Shown one piece after another: positions 46,050-55,618 of a stretch of DNA of 64,000 nucleotides (positions are counted from its first letter, which is position 1; each line of letters starts with the position of its first letter). The notes below the pieces were generated by a model. The model saw only the letters and a list, made by a program, of their open reading frames with translations, was not told where the DNA came from and ran no database searches. Source of the DNA: Candidatus Onthoplasma sp. (GTDB lineage Bacteria; Bacillota; Clostridia; Christensenellales; UBA1242); contig JAZQYV010000010.1 in NCBI GenBank assembly GCA_045633705.1, positions 129,669-193,668 of the forward strand, written 5' to 3'. The translations under genes were made by a program, and so were the position numbers.

Positions 46050-46126
46050 GTACTAGAAGATTGCACCGCTAATCCACACTAGCCCTAGGTGCAAGGGATA
46101 GTAGAATATTTTGGAGGAAAATTATA
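46050..46126 (+). ncRNA. structured 5' leader of rplM, a candidate L13-type ribosomal-protein leader
   Basis: About 77-nt leader with the 7-bp hairpin ttgcacc(46061-67)/ggtgcaa(46088-94) just upstream of the SD. Confidence 0.4.
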
Positions 46127-46564
46127 ATGAACACATATATGGCTAAGCCTGCCACTGTAGAAAAGAAGTGGTATGTTATAGATGCGTCTGGTCTTGCTTT
46201 AGGTAGATGTGCAGCTGAAGTTGCTAAAATCCTTCGTGGCAAGCACAAGACAACATTTACTCCACATGTTGATTGTGGTGATTATGTTATTGTTATCAAT
46301 AGCGATAAGTTGGTTTTAACTGGTAAGAAGTTGGAACAAAAGTATTTTAAAAGATATTCTGGTTATACAAGCGGTTTGAAGGAAACTCAATATAGCAAGA
46401 TGATGGAAGAAAAGTCTGACGTTGCTTTAATGCGCGCAGTTAAGGGTATGTTGCCTAAAAACAGCTTAGGCCGTACAATGCTTACACATTGCCACATCTT
46501 CAAGGGTGACCACAATATGCAAGCTCAACAACCAGTTGAATACAAAGTAGGAGGTAATAACTAA
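46127..46564 (+). CDS. rplM: 50S ribosomal protein L13
   Basis: ..[33 protein letters not shown].. Confidence 0.95.
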   Translation: MNTYMAKPATVEKKWYVIDASGLALGRCAAEVAKILRGKHKTTFTPHVDCGDYVIVINSDKLVLTGKKLEQKYFKRYSGYTSGLKETQYSKMMEEKSDVALMRAVKGMLPKNSLGRTMLTHCHIFKGDHNMQAQQPVEYKVGGNN

Positions 46565-47151
46565 TGGCTGAAGAAGTTAAGGAAGTTGTAGAAGTAGTTG
46601 AAGCAGTTGAAGTTGCTGAAAAGCCAAAGCGCACACGTGCTAAAAAGGCTGAAGTTGCTGAAGGTGAAGCTACTGAAAAGAAAACTACAAAGAGAACAAC
46701 AAAGAAAGCAGAAGATGCTGAAGTTAAAGCTCCTGCTAAAAAGGCTACAAAGAAAGCTAGTGCCGTTCAAGAATTTTTAGGTACTGGTAAGCGTAAAACA
46801 TCAGTTGCTCGTATCAGACTAAGTGTTGGTACTGGTAATATCACAGTTAACGGCAAAGATGTTAAAGAATATTTTGTTCTTGAATCATTAATTGGTATTG
46901 CTAAACAAGCTTTGGTTTTAACTGAACTTGAAAACACTGTTGACATCCGCGCTAATATCTATGGTGGTGGAATTGCTGGTCAAGCTGGCGCTATGCGTCA
47001 TGGCGTTGCTAAAGCTTTGGTTGAATTTAAACCAGAACTTCGTACAGAGCTTAAGAAAGCTGGCTTAATTACTCGTGATGCTCGTAAGAAAGAACGTAAG
47101 AAGTACGGATTGAAGAAAGCTCGTAAAGCTCCACAATTCAGTAAGAGATAA
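46564..47151 (+). CDS. rpsI: 30S ribosomal protein S9 with a ~65-aa Glu/Lys/Ala-rich N-terminal extension
   Basis: The S9 core starts at ..[14 protein letters not shown].. and includes [19 protein letters not shown] and ..[18 protein letters not shown]. Start overlaps the rplM stop. Confidence 0.93.
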   Translation: MAEEVKEVVEVVEAVEVAEKPKRTRAKKAEVAEGEATEKKTTKRTTKKAEDAEVKAPAKKATKKASAVQEFLGTGKRKTSVARIRLSVGTGNITVNGKDVKEYFVLESLIGIAKQALVLTELENTVDIRANIYGGGIAGQAGAMRHGVAKALVEFKPELRTELKKAGLITRDARKKERKKYGLKKARKAPQFSKR

Positions 47152-47163
47152 TATGTACAAAAA

Positions 47164-47189
47164 ATGGCACAATTTATGTGTCATTTTTT
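47164..47189 (+). terminator. Rho-independent terminator after rpsI
   Basis: atggcaca-attta-tgtgtcat (one G-U pair) followed by TTTTT. Confidence 0.7.
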
Positions 47190-47359
47190 GTAAATTAAGA
47201 ATGAAAAGTGAAAAGTTAAAAATTGTAGAAACTTTCAGTTCTTATTAAGCATATAACACATAAATTTTGTACTTTTTTCAAAAAATATTATAAAAGCTTT
47301 GACATTTTTTGTAATTAAATGGTAAAATTAGTATGAATAATTGTATAAAGGGGAGTATT

Positions 47360-48781
47360 ATGCGTAAAAGTAAAAAAGTTGTGTTTTATAGCATGTTGGT
47401 TTGCTTTGCGTTTTTGATTGCCGTTGTTGTAGCACTGGCTAATGCTAAACCTAAAGTGGAAGAGGAACCTGTATATTATACTGTGGCTGTGGAGGGTCCT
47501 GGCCGTATACAGTTTGAATATGTGCCAGATGTTAACGCTGGTGCTAGCTTATATAAGGTGTATGAATATGGCTTTGGTAACGAAATGGAGCAGCCTTTGC
47601 GAGTAATGCTAGCTAAAGATACCAATGTGGTTGCTGAAAATGTTACCATTGGTTACCACATTGCTGGTCAAAAGACTATTATTAATGACGGTTTTAAATT
47701 TTCGCCAACTTTGTCTGCGGTTGATATCGTTGCAGGTGGTCAAAAATGGGTGTATATCAAAATTACTGCAGAAAATAAAGATGAACTAGCAACATTCACT
47801 AAAGATATAACTTGGGTTGCCGGTAAGCCAGTTGATAGCTATATTAAGGTTAATGGTACCAGCACCACACTTCCATCAATTAACGCGGGCGCAAGTGTCA
47901 ATGCAACAATTGATTATAGTCAAGTACTTGCAACTCCAACACTTAACGAGGGTGAAGTGTTTGGTGGGTGGTATAGTGATATATTTTGCTCTCAGCCAAT
48001 TAATATGGAAGATGTAAGCTCTGGTGCTGAAATATATGCTAATATTTATGTGCCAAGCACGGTAACTGAAGATGATTGGAATGCTCCAGAGGTGTGTAAA
48101 CTTCCTAGTTGGGAGACTGGGGGGTATCATCAAGTGTTAAAAATCAATGGCACAACTGCTATAATGAGTGATGGGGGGACTTATGGTTGCTTTTATGATG
48201 AAGAGACTGATCAATTTACGGAAAGCAAGCTATATATACCAGCATATTACAAAGGCTTACCTGTTACAACTGTAAATTTATTAGGGATGAGTTATTATGA
48301 CTATGTGTACATTCCTGAAACTTGTTCAGCTTTGTATTTAGCTTCAACAGCTGGAATAGACTGTGAAATTGAGATTGATCCAAACAATCCTTATTATGTG
48401 GTTATTGATAAAATATATATTATTGAACGTGCAACTAAAAAATTAATAAATATGACAAAATATACTTTAAGTTCCGAATTTTATATCCCAGTGGGGGTAG
48501 AGATTATTGGGGATGATTTAAATCAGGGTGATTCTTATTATGGTAAAACGATTATCATTCCATCAACGGTGCACCAAATATATCCTGATGCTTTTGATAG
48601 AATGGATATTAAAAATGGTAATATAATAATTAAAGACACCTCTACATGGTATATAACACAAGATTATGAGGAATTTAATAATCATATAGGAGGAGTTAAA
48701 ATTAGTGTGACTGATAGCTCAACAAATGCAATAAATTTGGGGGATACTTATGTTAACTATTATTGGTATAAGGTAAATTAA
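47360..48781 (+). CDS. membrane-anchored surface protein with a Listeria-Bacteroides-type repeat and a BspA-like leucine-rich C-terminal region
   Basis: N-terminal signal/anchor (VVFYSMLVCFAFLIAVVVALANA), ..GEVFGGWYSD.. motif, and a C-terminal ..IP..v..I...aF.. LRR_5-like pattern. Confidence 0.7.
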   Translation: MRKSKKVVFYSMLVCFAFLIAVVVALANAKPKVEEEPVYYTVAVEGPGRIQFEYVPDVNAGASLYKVYEYGFGNEMEQPLRVMLAKDTNVVAENVTIGYHIAGQKTIINDGFKFSPTLSAVDIVAGGQKWVYIKITAENKDELATFTKDITWVAGKPVDSYIKVNGTSTTLPSINAGASVNATIDYSQVLATPTLNEGEVFGGWYSDIFCSQPINMEDVSSGAEIYANIYVPSTVTEDDWNAPEVCKLPSWETGGYHQVLKINGTTAIMSDGGTYGCFYDEETDQFTESKLYIPAYYKGLPVTTVNLLGMSYYDYVYIPETCSALYLASTAGIDCEIEIDPNNPYYVVIDKIYIIERATKKLINMTKYTLSSEFYIPVGVEIIGDDLNQGDSYYGKTIIIPSTVHQIYPDAFDRMDIKNGNIIIKDTSTWYITQDYEEFNNHIGGVKISVTDSSTNAINLGDTYVNYYWYKVN

Positions 48782-48831
48782 CATATTAACTTTATTTAAA
48801 TAATATTTTTATAATTAATATTAACACAAAG

Positions 48832-48863
48832 TACATATCAGCTGAGGCTGGTATGTATTTTTT
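48832..48863 (+). terminator. Rho-independent terminator
   Basis: tacatatcagc-tgag-gctggtatgta (one G-U pair) followed by T6. Confidence 0.7.
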
Positions 48864-49170
48864 GTATAAAAATGCGTTAAATATGGAAGGAATGAAAATA
48901 TAATAAAAGCTAACGTGGTTATAAATACTGAAAAGTTGGTGCAAAATTGCGCTAAATTATCAGTGGGGATGAAAAGCATACGAGAGGAATGTTTGTATGC
49001 TTTTTCTTGTATCACGATTGATAATAATATTAGTTATGTAAAAATTTTGACTTATGTTTATGATATGGGGATATGTAAAGGCGGGGAAATTAGTATTAAA
49101 TTTAAAATAAATTTGCAATTAGTTGCATTTTGGGTTGTATAATGTTAAAATGTATGTAAGGAGATAGGAT

Positions 49171-49653
49171 ATGATTGAAAGTAATTTTGAATACACACAA
49201 AATTTATTAAAAAAAATTAATACGAATGCAACTGCTAAAAGTAATTTGATTAATGAAATTGCGATGGTAGTGATTGCTGTTGGAGAGTTGGTTGCATTTA
49301 TTATGGACAATATATTTGTTGCAATTACATTGATGCTTATATTTTTTGCGTTGGGAATTGCATCATTTTTTACCGCTAAGTCAATAGAGGCTTCTAATAG
49401 CAAGTTGCAAGGGCAAAGTGTTAAGGTTTTGTTTGATAAGGAAAGTATGCACGTTACTGGGCTAGATGGAAAAAAGGAAATTTATAATGCTGTGTTTGAA
49501 TATAAGGCTATTAAGAAAACTGAAATAAAAAAAGACTTGATATACATATATTTTAGTAGTACATCTGTGGTGATTGTGCCAAAGAGTAGTTTTAAAACAG
49601 CTGAAGATTGTCAAAAAGCTATTGAACTTGTTAGTAATAATTATGTTGTATAA
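49171..49653 (+). CDS. membrane protein with a YcxB-like C-terminal domain
   Basis: Two TM helices, then a ..AVFEYKAIKKTEIKKDLIYIYFSSTSVVIVPKSSF.. pattern. Confidence 0.6.
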   Translation: MIESNFEYTQNLLKKINTNATAKSNLINEIAMVVIAVGELVAFIMDNIFVAITLMLIFFALGIASFFTAKSIEASNSKLQGQSVKVLFDKESMHVTGLDGKKEIYNAVFEYKAIKKTEIKKDLIYIYFSSTSVVIVPKSSFKTAEDCQKAIELVSNNYVV

Positions 49654-49661
49654 GGGGTTGT

Positions 49662-50399
49662 ATGGAGATATTGTTTGTAATAGACAGCATTGATGAGTTG
49701 GACCATAAAATTGCATTGTTGGAGCCATTAAGTTCGGATATTAAATTTTTTGTACATACTGATATTGTGCCTAAACTGATTAGAAAAAAGAAGATTGTAA
49801 AACAGATTGTTGCAATGTATAGCAAAAATGTAAACATATCGATTGACAAATATTTGAGGCAAGAAAAATATAATCCTACCGAAACTTTGGTATATTATGC
49901 TAGCGCAAAACTTACAGCCGAAATGGTTAATGCTATTAGAGAACGTTTGGAATTTAAGCCAGATATAATCAGTGTTAAGAAAAAATTAAATTGGTGGGGA
50001 CGTACAAAACTTTGGTTTTATAACACATTGGTTAAAATATTGTTCGGGGCTGAAGATAGTTATGCAAGCTTAAAGTTACAATATTTTAGCGCTGATATGA
50101 TGGAAATGTTTAAGGAAACCAGTTTTAAAAACCACATTTTCAAGTGGCCAAATGAAATTGTAATTGAGTTGGAACGTGGCAAAGAAGAATCGTATTACAC
50201 AAAACCAAAATTTAACAAAAACTATTTGTTTAACCCGATGGCATTTTGTTTTGTGTTAATCTGTTATGTATTGGTTGAAAAATTCTTTAACTTGCCATTT
50301 TGGACGTATTTATTATTTGTGCTATTGCTGATAACTATAATTATTAATACATTTGTAATGATTATAAAAGATGTGTTAGACACAAGGTACAAAAAATAA
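49662..50399 (+). CDS. hypothetical protein with two C-terminal TM helices
   Basis: AAGGGG SD upstream. 8-nt gap after the previous gene. No family recognised. Confidence 0.6.
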   Translation: MEILFVIDSIDELDHKIALLEPLSSDIKFFVHTDIVPKLIRKKKIVKQIVAMYSKNVNISIDKYLRQEKYNPTETLVYYASAKLTAEMVNAIRERLEFKPDIISVKKKLNWWGRTKLWFYNTLVKILFGAEDSYASLKLQYFSADMMEMFKETSFKNHIFKWPNEIVIELERGKEESYYTKPKFNKNYLFNPMAFCFVLICYVLVEKFFNLPFWTYLLFVLLLITIIINTFVMIIKDVLDTRYKK

Positions 50400-50430
50400 T
50401 AGGCGATTTGTAAATCGCCTATTATTTTTT
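50398..50430. terminator. bidirectional terminator between convergent genes
   Basis: ataggcgatt / aatcgcctat stem flanked by an A-run and a T-run. Confidence 0.75.
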
Positions 50431-50436
50431 ACTTAA

Positions 50437-51690
50437 TTATTTAGACTTTTTAGCTGCAGTCTTTTTACTTACTGCACTTTTGGTTGTTGATTTTTTAGCC
50501 GTGGTTTTAGTTGCAGGTTTTTCTGTTTTAACTAGTTTTTTTTCAGATTTTGTTTTAGCTGCTTTTGATTTAGTAACAGCCTTTTCTTTAGCTGGCTTTA
50601 CTTTTTTTGCAATTGATTTAACGGCTGATGCAATTTTTGATTCCTTTTTAATTTTTGCATTTTCTGCTTTAATTTGTTTTGCATGGTCTTTAGCATACAT
50701 TGCACCAATTAGGTCTAACAATTTAGAGCTGTAACCATATTCGTTATCATACCAAGCAACAAGTTTTACAAACTTAGGGCTAAGCATAATGCCGGCTTTT
50801 TCATCAAATATACAAGTATGAGGGTTACCCACAAAATCGCTGCTAACCAATGGTTGGTCACACACATCAACAACGCCTTTTAAGTCGGTGTTGGCACGAC
50901 GGCGGACTTCGGCACAAATTTCCTCATAAGTTGCTTTTTTCTTTAACTTAACAGTAAAGTCAACCACACTTACGTTGATTGTTGGCACGCGGAAACTCAT
51001 ACCTGTAAGCTTGCCTTTTAGGCTAGGGATAACTTCGCCAACAGCCTTTGCAGCACCAGTAGAACTTGGTATAATATTGTCACTTGCAGCACGACCGCCA
51101 CGCCAGTCTTTCTTAGACACACCATCAACAGTAAGCTGAGTTGCGGTGGTAGAGTGGATTGTGCTCATCAAACCTTCTTCAACTCCAAACGCATCATCGA
51201 TAATTTTAACTAGTGGAGCAAAGCAGTTGGTTGTACAACTTGCATCGCTAACCACGTCCATACTTGGTTGATATTCGGTATGGTTTACACCATATACAAA
51301 TGTAGGCATTTCTTTGCCGGGCGCACTAACAACAACTTTTTTAGCACCAGCGGTTAAGTGGCGCTTTGCATCTGCGCATTTGGTAAACTTACCAGTAGCT
51401 TCTACAATATATTCAGCACCACATTTGCTCCAACCAATATTTTCAGGCTCATATTCAGCATGGAACATAATATGCATACCACCAACATCAACATGGTTGC
51501 CATTTGCGGTCATTGTGTGTTTTGCTCTGCCATGAACGGTATCAAAGTTGTACAAATAGCAAGCGTACTCAGGTGTGATAAATGGGTCGTTAATGCCCAC
51601 CACTTCAATATCATCGCGCTCCAACGCGGCACGCAAAATGACACGGCCAATACGGCCAAAGCCGTTAATACCAATTTTTATTTTATTCAT
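50437..51690 (-). CDS. gap: glyceraldehyde-3-phosphate dehydrogenase with a ~80-aa Lys-rich C-terminal tail
   Basis: [27 protein letters not shown]. The tail after ..GAMYAKD is [14 protein letters not shown]...KKTAAKKSK. Confidence 0.95.
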   Translation of the reverse strand: MNKIKIGINGFGRIGRVILRAALERDDIEVVGINDPFITPEYACYLYNFDTVHGRAKHTMTANGNHVDVGGMHIMFHAEYEPENIGWSKCGAEYIVEATGKFTKCADAKRHLTAGAKKVVVSAPGKEMPTFVYGVNHTEYQPSMDVVSDASCTTNCFAPLVKIIDDAFGVEEGLMSTIHSTTATQLTVDGVSKKDWRGGRAASDNIIPSSTGAAKAVGEVIPSLKGKLTGMSFRVPTINVSVVDFTVKLKKKATYEEICAEVRRRANTDLKGVVDVCDQPLVSSDFVGNPHTCIFDEKAGIMLSPKFVKLVAWYDNEYGYSSKLLDLIGAMYAKDHAKQIKAENAKIKKESKIASAVKSIAKKVKPAKEKAVTKSKAAKTKSEKKLVKTEKPATKTTAKKSTTKSAVSKKTAAKKSK

Positions 51691-51785
51691 AATTTCCCCT
51701 TTTAAAACTTTTAGATACTAAAAGTATATTAAATATACCATTATTTTGTCAATTAAATTTAAAATTATGTAAAATAAAATTTAAA

Positions 51786-52004
51786 TTATTCAAATTTATA
51801 ATCCTTATTAAACATATCTTTTAGTTCAACCTTTAAAGCTCTTGCAACACTATAAATAAACCCCATATCAACATCTAAGTCATCGATTAATATTTTTTCA
51901 AACTCATCTCGATTAAGTTTGAAAATTTTACAAAATAACTTTACACTTAGTCCAGTGTGTTTAAAGTAACTTATTATCATTTCTAAATTAAAAACTGTAT
52001 TCAT
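51786..52004 (-). CDS. small HTH-like protein (72 aa), divergent from an XRE gene
   Basis: GGAGG SD 5 nt upstream of the ATG at 52004. The pattern ..LSVKLFCKIFKLNRDEFEKIL......D..FIYSVARALKVELKDMF resembles an XRE-type fold. Confidence 0.55.
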   Translation of the reverse strand: MNTVFNLEMIISYFKHTGLSVKLFCKIFKLNRDEFEKILIDDLDVDMGFIYSVARALKVELKDMFNKDYKFE

Positions 52005-52016
52005 ATTTCCTCCTAT

Positions 52017-52086
52017 CCACATGTGTGGTTGGAAAGATTATAATTCCACATATGTGGAAAGTCAAGCATTTTAACCACAATTGTGG
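52017..52086. promoter_or_regulatory. three operator-like inverted repeats CCACA-N2-TGTGG with 29-bp centre-to-centre spacing
   Basis: ccacaTGtgtgg at 52017-52028, ccacaTAtgtgg at 52046-52057, ccacaATtgtgg at 52075-52086. Confidence 0.6.
52037..52065 (-). promoter_or_regulatory. promoter of the 51786-52004 gene
   Basis: Minus strand reads TTGACT, 17-nt spacer, TATAAT. The spacer is filled by the middle operator. Confidence 0.6.
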
Positions 52087-52112
52087 TATTTTAATATTGA
52101 GAGGAAAAAGGT

Positions 52113-52322
52113 ATGTCAAAGTTTGCTGAAAAATTAAAAGAATTAAGAATTGAAAATGATCTAACATTAAAACAACTTTCCAAAGAATTGGGTGGAAAAA
52201 TTAGTTCTTCAGCGCTTCAATATTGGGAAACAAATCAAAGAATTCCTAATTTTGATATGGTTATAATAATTGCTCAATATTTTGGCGTGAGTACAGACTA
52301 TTTAGCGGGGTTGGAAGATTAG
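52113..52322 (+). CDS. XRE-family HTH protein (69 aa)
   Basis: LTLKQLSKELGGKISSSALQYWETNQRIP...YFGVSTDYLAGLED. Confidence 0.85.
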   Translation: MSKFAEKLKELRIENDLTLKQLSKELGGKISSSALQYWETNQRIPNFDMVIIIAQYFGVSTDYLAGLED

Positions 52323-52389
52323 AAAGGTTATAAACAACTTTTCTTTTTTATTAACTTTGTTAAAAACTATTTTCAAATTTGTTGATATA

Positions 52390-52398
52390 TGGTATAAT
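52390..52398 (+). promoter_or_regulatory. extended -10 element of rarA (leaderless geometry)
   Basis: TGgTATAAT, then 6 nt, then the ATG at 52405. No SD. Confidence 0.5.
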
Positions 52399-52404
52399 AT
52401 GGGT

Positions 52405-53685
52405 ATGAATATATTTGATATTAATAAGAACAATGCTCCACTTGCGGAACGAATGAGACCTACAACCCTTGATGAATTTGTTGGGCAAAAACATATTGTA
52501 GGCGAGGACACATTATTAAGACGTGCTATTAAGATTAACAGGCTGGGTAGTTGTATTTTTTATGGGCCTCCAGGAGTGGGGAAGACTACGCTAGCGTTTA
52601 TTATTGCCAATGCAATGCATGAGGATTTTAGAAAGCTTAATGCTGTGTCATCCGGTGTGGCTGATGCAAAGAAGATTATTGATGAGGCTAAAACAAATTT
52701 TGAGTTGTATGGCAAGTCTACGATATTAATACTGGACGAATGTCATCGATGGAGCAAAGCGCAAAGTGATTGTGTGCTTGAGGCGGTGGAAAAGGGATAT
52801 ATTACATTTATTGGTTCTACCACCGAAAATCCACACGTGAGTATGACACCAGCTATTGTTAGCCGATGTCGAGTGTTTAAATTTTTGCCACTAGAACTTG
52901 CCGATATTAAAGATGCACTGCTTAATGCAATCAATGATAAGGAACGTGGTTTTGGGCGTATTAAAATCGAAATTGAACCCAAAGCATTGAACCATATTGC
53001 GTATGCAAGCAGTGGTGATTTGCGTAATGCTATGAATGCTTTAGAACTTGCAGTGCTTACAACTGGGATTAATGGCGACAGAATTGTTATTGATGAAAAA
53101 GTAGCTGAACAATGCATACAACAAAAAGCAATTAGTGTTGATGAAAATATGTATTATGATCTACTTAGTTGTTTTTGCAAAAGTATTAGAGGAAGTGATA
53201 CTGAAGCGGCACTTTATTATAGTCAACGTTTGATTAATGCGGGTTGTGACCCCTTGCTAATTGCTCGAAGATTGATTGCGCATGCCAGCGAAGATATAGG
53301 TATGGCAGATAGCAATGCATTGCTGCTTGCGGTATCAGCACATTACACACTTAAAAACTTAGGCATACCTGAAGGTAATCTTGCGCTAAGCCATGCGATT
53401 ATTTATGCTTGTGAGGCTGAAAAATCTAATAGTGTGTATGTTGCAATGGGCAAGGCAAATACAGATGCGACAATGTTTGCAGATGATAAAATACCAGAAT
53501 ATCTTAAAAATCATCATTATGATACTGAAAATCCAACACCATACAAGTATCCTCACGATTATGGCGGTTATGTTGAACAACAATATATGCCCAATAGCTT
53601 AAAAGATAGAGTGTATTATACTCCTAGCCAAAATGGACGAGAGAAAAACTTAGCGCGTAAAAAGGATAAGTTTAAAAAGAAATAA
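52405..53685 (+). CDS. rarA: replication-associated recombination protein A (AAA+ ATPase)
   Basis: ..PLAERMRPTTLDEFVGQ.H..G.., Walker A GPPGVGKTT, DECHRW. Confidence 0.9.
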   Translation: MNIFDINKNNAPLAERMRPTTLDEFVGQKHIVGEDTLLRRAIKINRLGSCIFYGPPGVGKTTLAFIIANAMHEDFRKLNAVSSGVADAKKIIDEAKTNFELYGKSTILILDECHRWSKAQSDCVLEAVEKGYITFIGSTTENPHVSMTPAIVSRCRVFKFLPLELADIKDALLNAINDKERGFGRIKIEIEPKALNHIAYASSGDLRNAMNALELAVLTTGINGDRIVIDEKVAEQCIQQKAISVDENMYYDLLSCFCKSIRGSDTEAALYYSQRLINAGCDPLLIARRLIAHASEDIGMADSNALLLAVSAHYTLKNLGIPEGNLALSHAIIYACEAEKSNSVYVAMGKANTDATMFADDKIPEYLKNHHYDTENPTPYKYPHDYGGYVEQQYMPNSLKDRVYYTPSQNGREKNLARKKDKFKKK

Positions 53686-53853
53686 CATAACTAAAAAATT
53701 ATTATTATAAATATTGATTAAATACTTAAAACAAGCATTTTAACAGATTTATAAAAAAAATTAAAATATTTTTAAAAAAGGCGTTAAAATTATTTGCCTT
53801 TTTTTTAATTTTACATTATTATGTAAGTATCAACTAGCGGGAGGAAAAAGTTT

Positions 53854-54393
53854 ATGGAACTTAAAGGAACACAAACTGAACAAAATTTAAAAATTGCTTT
53901 TGCTGGCGAAAGTGAAGCTCGTAACAAATACACATTCTTTGCTTCTCAAGCTAAGAAGGACGGATTTGTTCAAATTGCTAACATTTTTGAAGAAACGGCT
54001 AACAATGAAAAAGAACACGCTAAGATGTGGTTCAAGTTGTTGAACGGCGGTAGTGTAAGTGATACGCTTACCAATCTTTTAGAGGCTGCTAAAGGTGAAG
54101 CTTATGAATGGACAGAAATGTACAAGAGTTTTGCTAAAACTGCTAAAAAAGAAGGTTTTGCAGATATTGCTAAAATGTTTGAAGGTGTGGCAGCAATTGA
54201 AAAAGAGCATGAAGAACGTTATAAGGCTTTGGCGGAAAACGTTAAGAAGAAGAAAGCTTTTGCAAAACAAACTGCTGTTGTTTGGGTATGTTTAAATTGC
54301 GGACATAAACACGTTGGAAAAACTGCACCTAAGATATGTCCTGTATGTGCTCATCCACAAGCATACTTCCAAGTTGATGGAAAAAATTATTAG
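53854..54393 (+). CDS. rbr: rubrerythrin
   Basis: [23 protein letters not shown], a second EXXH helix pair, and a C-terminal rubredoxin-like CLNCG..CPVC. Confidence 0.92.
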   Translation: MELKGTQTEQNLKIAFAGESEARNKYTFFASQAKKDGFVQIANIFEETANNEKEHAKMWFKLLNGGSVSDTLTNLLEAAKGEAYEWTEMYKSFAKTAKKEGFADIAKMFEGVAAIEKEHEERYKALAENVKKKKAFAKQTAVVWVCLNCGHKHVGKTAPKICPVCAHPQAYFQVDGKNY

Positions 54394-54539
54394 GATTTAG
54401 GTGAGCAGTTTGACTGTTATAGAAAAAGGGGCCAGATAAGCTCCTTTTTCGTTAAATAAATAAAAAAGTTGCTAAAAGAATATATAAAATTTAATTTAGA
54501 TGTTATAATACATTTATCAAAACAAAAGAGGAGAAACAT

Positions 54540-55529
54540 ATGCAAAAAGTTAAAGATTTCTTTTTAGACCTAGTGCTTAACAAGAGTGTGCAATTATTAT
54601 GGGGTTTATTTTTAATTTTAGTTTGCTACATTGCGACAAAAATTATACTAAAGGTTGTAAAACGAGTGTTGATTAAATCTAGAATGGAAAAAATAACGGT
54701 TTCGTTCTTGATGTCAATTGTTAAATTTGTGGTATATATGACACTGCTAATAATCATTGCACAAGTATTTGGCATTCCAATGACTGGGCTTGTAGCGCTA
54801 CTTAGTACTGCAGGACTTGCAGTTAGCCTTGCCTTACAAGATAGTTTAAGCAACCTTGCCAATGGTATTGTGATTATTACAACAAAACCTTTCCATGAGG
54901 GAGATTTTGTAAAGATTGGAGGAGTTGAAGGTAGAGTTAAAAATATTAGGATGTTGACAACCGCTTTGATTACAAGTGATGGTAAGCTGGCAATTCTTCC
55001 TAATAGCCAAATTGTTACTAGTGAAATTATCAACTATAGTGTTTTAGGCCGTCGTCGTGTAGATTTTATATTTGGTGTGGCGTATGAGACTGATATCAAA
55101 CAAGTTCGTGATATAGTTATGAATGTAATTATAAGCAATGGAAAAGTATTAATGGAACCAGCACCGCTTGTGAGTTTAAAAACGTTAAACTCAAGCTCCA
55201 TTGATTTCTTTGCAAGTTGCTGGGTAGATGCCGAAGATTATTGGAGTGTGTATTATTATGTAATAGAACACGTATTTAACGAATTTAAAAAGAACAATAT
55301 CACTATTCCTTACAATCAAGTGGAAGTTCGTTTGCGCGATGATGAAGTGGTTATGCCTGTAAACAATGAATCACTTCCTATACGAGAGGAAAAAGTGCGC
55401 ATTCAAAAGTTTAAAGGCGATATCTTAGAGCAAATCATTCATGAAAAGAAAGAAAAAATTCTTTCTAAAAAAGAAGAAAAAGCAAAACGCAAAGCTGAAA
55501 AGCAAGAAAACGAAAATAACCAAGATTAA
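54540..55529 (+). CDS. mscS: MscS-family mechanosensitive channel with a Lys/Glu-rich C-terminal tail
   Basis: Three TM helices and ..ITTKPFHEGDFVKIGGVEGRVKNI.. Tail reads KKEKILSKKEEKAKRKAEKQENENNQD. Confidence 0.85.
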   Translation: MQKVKDFFLDLVLNKSVQLLWGLFLILVCYIATKIILKVVKRVLIKSRMEKITVSFLMSIVKFVVYMTLLIIIAQVFGIPMTGLVALLSTAGLAVSLALQDSLSNLANGIVIITTKPFHEGDFVKIGGVEGRVKNIRMLTTALITSDGKLAILPNSQIVTSEIINYSVLGRRRVDFIFGVAYETDIKQVRDIVMNVIISNGKVLMEPAPLVSLKTLNSSSIDFFASCWVDAEDYWSVYYYVIEHVFNEFKKNNITIPYNQVEVRLRDDEVVMPVNNESLPIREEKVRIQKFKGDILEQIIHEKKEKILSKKEEKAKRKAEKQENENNQD

Positions 55530-55618
55530 TTTGATAAAAAGTCGGGCGTAATTGCTTGGCTTTTTGTGTTTTTAGTGGTAAGATATGTATAGGAAACAAA
55601 AGATTATAGGAGAAACAA

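Noticed and set aside
48915-49142. A 75-aa ORF in the 389-nt gap before the YcxB-like gene.
   Set aside because: It has a non-ATG start, no SD, and a composition typical of a random AT-rich frame. It overlaps the likely promoter of the next gene.
52013-52090. A DnaA-box cluster or replication origin. cTATCCACA and TTAACCACA are each one mismatch from TTATCCACA.
   Set aside because: The elements occur strictly as CCACA-N2-TGTGG palindromes at a 29-bp period, and they overlap two divergent promoters of HTH genes. There is no dnaA or dnaN nearby and no adjacent AT-rich unwinding repeats. An operator interpretation fits better.
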